A stretch of DNA of 64,000 nt from an uncultured Candidatus Babeliaceae bacterium (lineage in GTDB: Bacteria; Babelota; Babeliae; Babelales; Babelaceae), in the NCBI GenBank assembly GCA_963704655.1, contig OY969927.1:288001-352000 (forward strand), given 5' to 3'. Numbering within the stretch: position 1 is the first letter of the stretch; each line of letters begins with the position of its first letter. Below are positions 46,588 to 55,427 of this stretch, in pieces. The notes beneath the pieces were generated by a model. That model was given only the letters and a program-made list of their open reading frames with translations, did no database searches and was not told the DNA's origin. A program made the translations under genes and the position numbers.

Positions 46588-46754
46588 GCGATTTACCCCT
46601 TTAAATGTAAGTTAAATAGTGATTTAATTATAGTAAATATTATCAGTTTGTCAATTTTGCGCTAGATGAGGCTTTAGATGCAGATTTAGAATGTTGAATC
46701 TCGTACGCGCCCTGTTGTAAGCTAAATCAAGGGATTATCGTTAAAGGGCGATCC

Positions 46755-47567
46755 ATGAAACGTATTACGCGTAGTTTCTGTATAGTAGTATTGATATTTT
46801 TAGCAAGGGGTATAAAAATAACTGCATCCTATCAGGAGTATACAGAAAGAAATACCCCCTTGACTCATTTTATGCAGAATTTAGTCAGCGATATGGTCCA
46901 TTTTAATAAGTATCTCTTTTTAACTTCTGATACGTATAAAATACTTATGGTAAGTAGCCCATTTTATATGGCAGGGCGTGCTGCAGATAAGCCAACACAT
47001 AATTATTTTTATAATAAAACGGACCATCGCAATATTCACCAGATCGCACCTGTTTTTAAATATAGTGTCGATCCTATTATGGGTGTATCCATAACAACGT
47101 TATTGTTATTACAATTTTTTTCTAAAGATGCGCATACCCGTAAAGTATCTGAAGTTTTTCTTGCAGCATTGCCTTTTTTATGGCTCTATAAAGATGCTCT
47201 TAAACTCTTGTTGATTAAAGCTGCTTTACGACCTAAAAATCAATGTTTTTCTGCCTGTAAAAAATATTATGGTGGGTTTCCTTCTGGACATATGTTTGAG
47301 GCAACTTTTATGGCCTATCTTTTTGGTGCAGAACTAGGACCCGATTACGCTGTTCCGCTGGGTGCATTTGCAACATTGGTAGCAATCCAATCGGTCGCTA
47401 TTAACCGGCATACCATATCACAAGTGGTTGCAGGTACAGCGCTTGGGGTTATTTTTGGAGTGGCGTCGCAAAAAGTAGTGCATCGCGCCTTACATCAAGA
47501 TAGTTCCTATGCTATTCTAGTAAACAAATCTGGTGGAGTTACCTTCACGCTTGAAAAAACATTTTAA
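46755..47567 (+). CDS. PAP2-family phosphatase
   Basis: K...RP, GFPSGH and RHTISQVVAG motifs. Confidence 0.85.
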   Translation: MKRITRSFCIVVLIFLARGIKITASYQEYTERNTPLTHFMQNLVSDMVHFNKYLFLTSDTYKILMVSSPFYMAGRAADKPTHNYFYNKTDHRNIHQIAPVFKYSVDPIMGVSITTLLLLQFFSKDAHTRKVSEVFLAALPFLWLYKDALKLLLIKAALRPKNQCFSACKKYYGGFPSGHMFEATFMAYLFGAELGPDYAVPLGAFATLVAIQSVAINRHTISQVVAGTALGVIFGVASQKVVHRALHQDSSYAILVNKSGGVTFTLEKTF

Positions 47568-47584
47568 AAAAGTTATGTATAACT

Positions 47585-48415
47585 ATGCGCATAAAAAATT
47601 TTATTATAGGCTCGTGTATTGTTTTGTTTTTCTGTTATGGGTTTATATGGCGCCCGCGTATTATCGTGTATCCGCTGGTTACTGCTATTAGTTTGGTGCA
47701 GTATCCCTTTTTATGTATGTATGCTCTGTTTGTTGAACCAGTTTTTGATGTGATTAGATCAGTTAAAACACATGCTGAATATCACCACATACTAGAATCT
47801 AATTATCGTGAACGTTCACGTTTACTTAAAGAACTTATTGAGGTTCGTGGGCAGCTTGTTTATTATAAAGATCTGCAAGACGCTGGGATAACCTGCGATA
47901 AAAATACCGTATGTACGGGACAAATTATTTATAAACAACTGCACCAAGGCGATTCTTTTTTTATTATCGATAAAGGATCTTCTGATGGTGTAACTGTTGA
48001 TATGCTTGCGGTACTTAACAATACTCTATTAGGCAGAGTCACTGCCGTGTATGCATCGTATGCGCAGGTAATGCCTATAAGTAATCCGCAATGTCATGTT
48101 CCTAGTGTATGCGTAGAATCACGGGCACATGGTGTTTTTCATGGTGGTTTAGCTTCGACTGGTCAGTTAGATTTCATTAGCCACCTTGAGCCATTGGTGC
48201 TTGATGAAATGGTGATAACTTCTGGTGACGGTTTAATTTATCCGCAAGGGCTTGCGCTTGGACGTATAAAGAAATTTACGCTTAATGAATTAGGCTTTTT
48301 GTATGAAGTTGACGTTGAGCCGCTCTATGATCTTGAAAAAATATCGTACTGTTCGATTATATCTAAAAACTGCCAGCACGCATTAACCCAGCAGGTTCAG
48401 CAGGAATCTCAATGA
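47585..48415 (+). CDS. mreC: Rod shape-determining protein MreC
   Basis: IIDKGSSDGV, LLGRV, VITSGDGLIYPQGLALGRI. Confidence 0.88.
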   Translation: MRIKNFIIGSCIVLFFCYGFIWRPRIIVYPLVTAISLVQYPFLCMYALFVEPVFDVIRSVKTHAEYHHILESNYRERSRLLKELIEVRGQLVYYKDLQDAGITCDKNTVCTGQIIYKQLHQGDSFFIIDKGSSDGVTVDMLAVLNNTLLGRVTAVYASYAQVMPISNPQCHVPSVCVESRAHGVFHGGLASTGQLDFISHLEPLVLDEMVITSGDGLIYPQGLALGRIKKFTLNELGFLYEVDVEPLYDLEKISYCSIISKNCQHALTQQVQQESQ

Positions 48416-50133
48416 TTATTCAAGGGCTTAAGTTTCAATGGAAAATTCCTGACGTTGATAGTGCGGCCGTTGCGCAACTTGCAGCTGATGTGGCACTGCC
48501 TATGCCACTTGCGTATGCGCTTTATGCGCGCGGGTTTACCCAAAAAGAGCAGTTACAAGATTATTTAATAAGTTCCTATGAAAAGGATGTTGCTGATCCA
48601 AAATTACTCAAAGATGGTCAAAAGGCGGTGGACCGGTTAATTTCTGCGTTACAGAATAATGAAAAAATTCTTATTGCTGGTGATTATGACGTTGATGGCA
48701 TAACTTCATCGGCGCTTATGATGATCTGCCTGTTGCCCTTGGGCGCGCAGGTTAATTTCTTTTTGCCCAATCGTGTAAAAGATGGTTATGGCTTATCGGT
48801 AAAAACAGTTGATCGTGCGCATGAAAATGAGTACAAAATAATTATCACAGTAGATAACGGCATTAGTGCTTTTAAGCCGGCCGAACGAGCCAACGAGCTT
48901 GGAATCGATCTTATTATTACCGATCATCACAGACCCCATGGGCAGTTACCTGCAGCATATGCAATTATTGACCCGCACCAAGAAGATTGTGCCTATCCGT
49001 ATAAATATTTTGCGGGTGTTGGCGTAAGTTTTAAACTTATGTCACTGTTATATGCGCAACTTGGCAAAGAGTTGCCCGGCGAAGTATACGAGCTATTGCT
49101 TTTGGGAACTGTTGCTGACGTGGTGCCTCTCACTGGTGAAAATAGATTTTGGGTGCGCCATGGATTACAGAAAATAAAGAATGGTCATAGTTATAGTTTA
49201 AGCGTGCTTAAAAGAAATGCTCGGGTTACTAAACCAGTTTTAAATTCTCTTGATATCGGCTTTTTTATAACGCCACAAATTAATGCCCTTGGCAGACTTG
49301 AAGATGCTCGTTCAGGAGTTAAGTTTCTGGTGGGAACCGATCTTGAAGTTACTGAAACTGTTGGCACACTGTTGCACCAGTTAAATGAAGCAAGAAAAAC
49401 TATTGAAAAAAATATTTATGAGGGTGTGCAAGCTCAGATTAAACAGGGGCTTATTAAACCGCATGAGGACCGTATGATTGTTGTTGCGCATGATGACTGG
49501 CCAACGGGTGTCATTGGACTGGTTGCCGGTAAATTAGTTGCTGCGCATAACGTGCCGACCATATTATTACACAAATCATCTAATGGTATGTTAAAAGGCT
49601 CGTGCCGTTCTATAGGTGATTGTGATATGTTTAAAGCGTTAAGTTCGGTGAAAGATCTTCTGATAAGTTTTGGTGGTCATCCGATGGCTGCCGGCCTTGC
49701 GTTAGCGCAAGAAGATTTTGATGAATTTAAAAGGCGTCTGTCTGAATATATTGTTCAGTTTGTCACGCCTGAATCACTTATTAAAAAAATTACCTGTGAT
49801 GCGCCTTTATTGTTGACCGATGTAACACAAAAACTTTCACAAGGGTTACACTATCTTGAGCCATTTGGATGTGAAAACCCACAACCCCTTTTTATTCTCA
49901 AAAATGTCATGTTGATTGAGCCGCCACAGTTACTCAAAGAGCAGCATGTTAAGGCGCGACTGTTTTCTGACGGAGTTATAAAACCGGTTGTTTTTTTTAA
50001 TAGACCAGATTTGTTTGAATGGCTCATTGAACATCAAAGTGATTCTTTCTCTGTCGCTTGTTATGTTACTGAAAATCATTGGAATGGGAAAGTATCAGTT
50101 GAGCTTCAGGGTGTAGATATTTCTTGCGTATAG
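48412..50133 (+). CDS. recJ: ssDNA exonuclease RecJ
   Basis: GDYDVDGITS, TVDNG, TDHH, LGTVADVVPL, KGSCRS, FGGHPMAAG. Confidence 0.97.
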   Translation: MIIQGLKFQWKIPDVDSAAVAQLAADVALPMPLAYALYARGFTQKEQLQDYLISSYEKDVADPKLLKDGQKAVDRLISALQNNEKILIAGDYDVDGITSSALMMICLLPLGAQVNFFLPNRVKDGYGLSVKTVDRAHENEYKIIITVDNGISAFKPAERANELGIDLIITDHHRPHGQLPAAYAIIDPHQEDCAYPYKYFAGVGVSFKLMSLLYAQLGKELPGEVYELLLLGTVADVVPLTGENRFWVRHGLQKIKNGHSYSLSVLKRNARVTKPVLNSLDIGFFITPQINALGRLEDARSGVKFLVGTDLEVTETVGTLLHQLNEARKTIEKNIYEGVQAQIKQGLIKPHEDRMIVVAHDDWPTGVIGLVAGKLVAAHNVPTILLHKSSNGMLKGSCRSIGDCDMFKALSSVKDLLISFGGHPMAAGLALAQEDFDEFKRRLSEYIVQFVTPESLIKKITCDAPLLLTDVTQKLSQGLHYLEPFGCENPQPLFILKNVMLIEPPQLLKEQHVKARLFSDGVIKPVVFFNRPDLFEWLIEHQSDSFSVACYVTENHWNGKVSVELQGVDISCV

Positions 50134-50187
50134 AGCGGGAGTTTTTGTAGCCTGTATAGGGAGATGCTTTTACAAGGGAGTAGGGTG

Positions 50188-51327
50188 ATGAATTTCAAAA
50201 AAGTCTTTGCATTATTATTAGTAAGTTGGGTGCCCGTTGTGCACGCTGTTCAATGGGTTGTTGTTGGTGCCGGCCCAGCAGGAATTGTTATAGTAGGTTT
50301 ATTATTAGATCTCGGAATTCCGCGAGAAGATATCTTGTGGGTGGACCCTGAATTTAATGTTGGGCGCCTAGGGCAGTATTACCAAACAGTACCGGGAAAC
50401 ACAAAAACGCAATTATATATAAATTTTATTAATTCATGCAGAACGTTTCAACAATGCAATTCGCCCTATGTTCAAGAGTTGTATAACTATGAACTTTTAA
50501 AAGAGTATCCGCTTTCAATTATTGTAAAGCCGTTGCAGGATATCACCGATTATATATGTTCTTTAGTTAATGCGCAGCAGACAACTATGACCGGTTTAGA
50601 ATTTAGTGGTGATGTGTGGCACATAGAACTTGCAAATGGGTTAGAATTTAGTGCAGATCGCGTTGTGCTTGCAACAGGATCCCGTCCAAGGTCATTGAAT
50701 TATGCCTGTTCACAAGAGATTCCTTTAGATATCGCGCTTAACCAGCAAGCACTTTCTCAAGAAGTTGCACCAGACGATACTGTTGCAGTTATTGGCAGTG
50801 CGCATTCAGCAGTGTTAGTGCTTAAATTTTTAAGTGAGGTTCCTGTTGGTAGAATTATTAACTTTTATAAGAACCCGTTAGTGTATACACAAGATATGGG
50901 CGGCTGGCTTTTGTATAGCAGCTCTGGTTTAAAGGGTATTGCTGCTGAGTGGGCAAAAAATGTTTTAGAAAAAAATCCACCATGCAATTTAGTGCGTGTA
51001 TATAATTCAGAAAAGGCTCGCGCGGCGTGGTTGCCACTTTGTAATAAAATTATTTATGCAGCTGGTTATGAACGTAACCCGATTCCAGGGTGTATGCCAG
51101 ACATGGCTTATGATACGCATACAGGCGCCATAGCCCCGGGACTTTTTGGTATCGGTATTGCATTTCCAGAAGTTATTGTTGATCAAGCGGGACATGAAGA
51201 GCATAAAATAGGGCTTAATAGCTTTATGGAACATGCTCTTGAAATGTTGCCAGAATGGATGCGGACAAAAGATGCGCTTTGTCGATTTAAAGGGTTTGAA
51301 GAGTTGTTCGATATCCAGATTTTATAA
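50188..51327 (+). CDS. FAD-dependent pyridine-nucleotide oxidoreductase-like protein with signal-peptide-like leader
   Basis: VVVGAGPAG, VVLATGSRP, AVIGSAHSA, GLFGIGIAFP. Confidence 0.8.
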   Translation: MNFKKVFALLLVSWVPVVHAVQWVVVGAGPAGIVIVGLLLDLGIPREDILWVDPEFNVGRLGQYYQTVPGNTKTQLYINFINSCRTFQQCNSPYVQELYNYELLKEYPLSIIVKPLQDITDYICSLVNAQQTTMTGLEFSGDVWHIELANGLEFSADRVVLATGSRPRSLNYACSQEIPLDIALNQQALSQEVAPDDTVAVIGSAHSAVLVLKFLSEVPVGRIINFYKNPLVYTQDMGGWLLYSSSGLKGIAAEWAKNVLEKNPPCNLVRVYNSEKARAAWLPLCNKIIYAAGYERNPIPGCMPDMAYDTHTGAIAPGLFGIGIAFPEVIVDQAGHEEHKIGLNSFMEHALEMLPEWMRTKDALCRFKGFEELFDIQIL

Positions 51328-51344
51328 AATACGTTCTTTATTAT

Positions 51345-51374
51345 AAAAAGGGGGATTTAAAAATCCCCCTTTTT
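51345..51374 (+). terminator. Intrinsic terminator
   Basis: AAAAAGGGGGATTT-aa-AAATCCCCCTTTTT. Confidence 0.8.
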
Positions 51375-51451
51375 GTTTGTTGCAAATTTTTTTTTCATGT
51401 GCAAGTATCTCTACTGATCTGACTAAAATTTTTAAATGGGATATTTGTAGT

Positions 51452-52639
51452 ATGAAGCTTCTCCAAAATATCGTTCTAGTCTGCTTATTTTCTACGGCAC
51501 ATGCTCAAATGCAGCAGGTTAATTTTTTAGAACCGCTTCATGATAATGATGGTGCGTTGCAAGACATTACTCGTGCATGCAGTCAGATTTCGTCATCTTA
51601 TACGTTGTTATTGCCCGCAAGCCAGGGTGAGCCCTATCAGGTTCTTGGGTTGATTGATGATATGGGAACACTTTCTTGGATCACCACGGTTACTGATGCA
51701 AGTCAGCTCAATTTATTATACACCGCAACTTCAGCAGACATTCCCTTAACGCTTGTTTTACGTGACAGTACTGGTTCATTTGCCGCAACTAATATTACAC
51801 TTACGGGAAATTTAACGCTTGCAACTCTTACAGGTGTGTTGGTTGCACAAGATGGTTTGGTCTCTGCAACAATTGGCATAGATGGAACACGTCTAGCATC
51901 GTTTCCGTTAACAGACGTCCCCGCTGTTAATTTTTTTCAACCGGTTGAACCATCACGAGAATCATATTTCTTTGATGATTTTATTGCATTTAATGCATCG
52001 GCTGGTGGCGTTTTTTATGGTGATACACCATGGGTTATTTCTAACAATTCTTACCCATCACGCGTTACGTCGTTAAAAAACACCAGCAGCTCTGTTGGTG
52101 TTACTCGCCTTTCAACGGGCAATATGCAAGATAGTTTGAACTATCTTATTAAGCAAATAAATGCAGACGGTACCAGTAATGGTGTTGGATTTGGCCTTGG
52201 TCCCTGCTTGAATGAATGGCGCGTATCAATTCCTGGTTCAACTCTTTCTTTGGCAAACAGTTTTACAGTATGTTGTGGCATGGGCGATAATTTGGGAACC
52301 GCACCTTACGTGCCACAAAATGGTATTTATTTTTCATACACAAATACGGGTTCTGGGGCTGTATGGCAAATTAACACAGCTTTTGGTGGAACAATAACGC
52401 AAAATACAAGTCCAGCTGTAACTCCACTGGCTGGGGTGTTCCAGAGGCTTGCATATGTTGTTGATGCAAGTAGCTCACAGGTAGATTTTTTTATTGATGA
52501 TCTTTACGTTGGCACACTTTATAACATTCCTAGTGGTAATGATTGTTCAGCATTTGCATCGATACGAACAGGAGGTTCTTCAGGCTCGATTGACTTAGAT
52601 TATTGGTATTATCATTATACTTTTAATCTGCGGCGTTAA
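51452..52639 (+). CDS. Short secreted fibre-family protein with lectin/ConA-like C-terminal domain
   Basis: Signal peptide from ATG 51452; one RDSTGSFAAT junction; beta-rich C-terminal domain FFDDF...DLDYWYYHYTFNLRR. Confidence 0.75.
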   Translation: MKLLQNIVLVCLFSTAHAQMQQVNFLEPLHDNDGALQDITRACSQISSSYTLLLPASQGEPYQVLGLIDDMGTLSWITTVTDASQLNLLYTATSADIPLTLVLRDSTGSFAATNITLTGNLTLATLTGVLVAQDGLVSATIGIDGTRLASFPLTDVPAVNFFQPVEPSRESYFFDDFIAFNASAGGVFYGDTPWVISNNSYPSRVTSLKNTSSSVGVTRLSTGNMQDSLNYLIKQINADGTSNGVGFGLGPCLNEWRVSIPGSTLSLANSFTVCCGMGDNLGTAPYVPQNGIYFSYTNTGSGAVWQINTAFGGTITQNTSPAVTPLAGVFQRLAYVVDASSSQVDFFIDDLYVGTLYNIPSGNDCSAFASIRTGGSSGSIDLDYWYYHYTFNLRR

Positions 52640-52670
52640 TATAATAAAACTAAAAAAAAAGGGTTTTGTA

Positions 52671-55400
52671 ATGAGTAATAGATTATTTATTTTTGCAGTA
52701 TTTTTGATCAGTTTATTTGTTCCGATATATGCGGAAATAACAAGTGTAGATGAAGCGCTTAAGGTTGTGGGTTTTCTTGATGCGCTTGAAGAAAATTATA
52801 AAGATGCATTTAAAGAAAAAAATATACGCTATGCATTGGAAGATTTATTAGCTTTTTATGAAAATTCAAATGAATTTACTCCAGAACAACGTGCAGGACT
52901 ATTTAATAAATTATATCGCTATTTCCAGCTGGTTGAAAAATTTGATGCTGAAAATGGCTCTGCAACAAAGTTTTTAAATTCAGATCAAAGTTTAGTAACC
53001 TACTGGACACAAATGGTAGCTGCTACTCATACTATACTTGATACGAATAATAGTTCTACGAGTAATGCATTAAATTTAATTGCGCCAATTTCTGGTGGAT
53101 TTAACTACACCTATACGTTGCAAATGCCGGTTAACCAGGGATCTTTTGGACAAGTTTTGTCAACTGATGGTAACAACCCTGCGCAACTTTCTTGGCTTAC
53201 TACTATAACTGCAGATGTAAGTCTTATTTACTCTGCAACAAGTTGTGATAATGTAAATACCATAGTATTACGTGATAATAATGGCAGTTTTGTAGCAACA
53301 AATATCGCGCTGATGGGCAATACAAATAACAGCTTAATAAATTATAGTACAACTTCATGTGGTCCGGGTACGTCGATGTTGAGTATTCCTGGAACACAAA
53401 ATATATTCTTAGGCACATCCGTTGGCAATTCAGCTGTATCGGGCCCAGGTAACGTAGCAGTTGGTAATACAACACTCAATGCTATAACTTCAGGCTCTGG
53501 TAACACTGCTATTGGTGTTAATGCATTAGCTGCAGTAGTGACAGGCTCTAATAATACTGCAGTTGGTTATGGCGCTAACGTAACTGGCGCAAATGCTCTG
53601 AATCAGACAGCAGTTGGTGCCGGCGCAGTTGCACCATTTAATAACAGCGTGGTATTAGGTAACGCTGCTGTAACCAATGTGGTCCCTATGGCAAGCGGTG
53701 TTACAAGTCTTGGTGGTGCAAGTAATATTTGGTCAACCCTCAATACCTATTCAACTAATTACTATGATAGATCAGGTGATGTAGTTACTATTGCAGCAAC
53801 GCCAGGTGGAACAGGAACTTATACAATGTATTGGCCAACTTCTGTAGGTCAAGCAGGGTATGTGCTTGAAGCAACCACCAGTAGTAGTCCGCAACAGCTT
53901 AATTGGATTCCTATTACCGCATTGCTGAGCGGTACCTATTGTGATTTCCCAAGCACCTACGTGCAGCGCGATCCAAATGGTAAATTTGCAGCAACAACGA
54001 TTACGTTAACGGGTGTATCGTTACTTAACTACAGCACTCTTGGTGGTTGTGACCTCGGTAACCCATTCTTGAGCGTTCCAGGAACAAACAACTTGTTCTT
54101 AGGCACTTCTGCTGGTAAACAAACAGTATCAGGCAGTGCCAACGTTGCTGTGGGTAACCAAGCATTAACAAGCATTAGTACTGGTACGTCTAATACTGCA
54201 ATTGGTTATAATGCTCTTGCTGCAGCAGCTGCCGGCTATAATAATGCTGCATTGGGTTATTATGCATTAGCTATTGCTACCGGAAATAATAACGTTGCAG
54301 TAGGTTATAATGCCGGTTCAGCAAGTACCGGATCTAATAATATCTATGTTGGTACAGGAGTAACCGGAAATTCTGGTGATGCCAGTGTTATCAGTATCGG
54401 TATTCAAAATGCTGGAACAAGTGGCACCTATATGGGTGGTATTTATAATACTACGCCTACAGGATTAAACTCTCTTGTAGGTATTACCAGCAGTGGTCAA
54501 CTTGGTGTTGCAACGTCAGCAACTATTACCACACTTACGGTATCAGGAAGTCTTACTGTTGATAATCTTAATGGTGCAGTTATTGCAACTAACGGGTTAT
54601 TAACAGCGACTATTGGTATTGACGGCACACGCCTTGCATCATTTATATTAACCGATACACCTGCAGTAAGCTTCTTCCAACCGGTTGAGCCATCACGTGA
54701 ATCATACTTCTTTGATGACTTTATGGCATTTAATTCTACTGCTGGCGACTTGTTCTATGGTGATACACAATGGGTAATTGGTAATAATACTGCCGGACGT
54801 GTTACGGCAATTGCACCGCTTGCATCTAATGGCGCAATTGGTGTGACTCGTTTAACATCTGGCGCTGCTGTAAATAACAGTAATTATATTACCAAACAGC
54901 TTACGGGCACAACGTCATTAAGCTTGTCGCTAGGATATGGCCCATGCTTGAATGAATGGCGTGTTTCTGTTCCAGCAACTTCAAGCGGAACAAATAGTTT
55001 CTATACTCGTGTTGGCTTTGGAGATAGTCCTGCTGCTACAGCAGTAAACCCAACAGGTGCGCCAAGTAATGGTATTTACTTCCAATGCCTTGATAGCATC
55101 AACAGTGGTTCATGGACGGTTAATACCGCAAGTAATGGAAGCAGAACATCGGCAAATACAGCAGTTGCTCCTACTCCAGGCGTATTCCAACGATTGAGTT
55201 TTCAAGTTAATGGAAATGCATCAAGTGTTACGTTCTACATAAATGATGTTTCGGTAGGAACTATTACGACAACGATACCAACAATAGCCAATGGTAACTA
55301 TTGTTCACCATATGCGTCTGTGGTGCGAAATGCTGGTACTGGAGGATCTCTTGATCTTGATTATTGGTATTTCCATTATACCTTTAATTCACGACGTTAA
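52671..55400 (+). CDS. Secreted 909-aa fibre-family protein with lectin/ConA-like C-terminal domain
   Basis: Signal peptide, helical N-domain, head-like repeats, C-terminal domain paralogous to the previous gene. Confidence 0.8.
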   Translation: MSNRLFIFAVFLISLFVPIYAEITSVDEALKVVGFLDALEENYKDAFKEKNIRYALEDLLAFYENSNEFTPEQRAGLFNKLYRYFQLVEKFDAENGSATKFLNSDQSLVTYWTQMVAATHTILDTNNSSTSNALNLIAPISGGFNYTYTLQMPVNQGSFGQVLSTDGNNPAQLSWLTTITADVSLIYSATSCDNVNTIVLRDNNGSFVATNIALMGNTNNSLINYSTTSCGPGTSMLSIPGTQNIFLGTSVGNSAVSGPGNVAVGNTTLNAITSGSGNTAIGVNALAAVVTGSNNTAVGYGANVTGANALNQTAVGAGAVAPFNNSVVLGNAAVTNVVPMASGVTSLGGASNIWSTLNTYSTNYYDRSGDVVTIAATPGGTGTYTMYWPTSVGQAGYVLEATTSSSPQQLNWIPITALLSGTYCDFPSTYVQRDPNGKFAATTITLTGVSLLNYSTLGGCDLGNPFLSVPGTNNLFLGTSAGKQTVSGSANVAVGNQALTSISTGTSNTAIGYNALAAAAAGYNNAALGYYALAIATGNNNVAVGYNAGSASTGSNNIYVGTGVTGNSGDASVISIGIQNAGTSGTYMGGIYNTTPTGLNSLVGITSSGQLGVATSATITTLTVSGSLTVDNLNGAVIATNGLLTATIGIDGTRLASFILTDTPAVSFFQPVEPSRESYFFDDFMAFNSTAGDLFYGDTQWVIGNNTAGRVTAIAPLASNGAIGVTRLTSGAAVNNSNYITKQLTGTTSLSLSLGYGPCLNEWRVSVPATSSGTNSFYTRVGFGDSPAATAVNPTGAPSNGIYFQCLDSINSGSWTVNTASNGSRTSANTAVAPTPGVFQRLSFQVNGNASSVTFYINDVSVGTITTTIPTIANGNYCSPYASVVRNAGTGGSLDLDYWYFHYTFNSRR

Positions 55401-55427
55401 TAAGTAGATAAAAAAAAGGGTAAAAAG

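Noticed and set aside
51860-55400. Diversity-generating retroelement TR/VR pair in the paralogous C-terminal domains
   Set aside because: Both copies are coding, differences are not adenine-specific, and no reverse transcriptase is in the window
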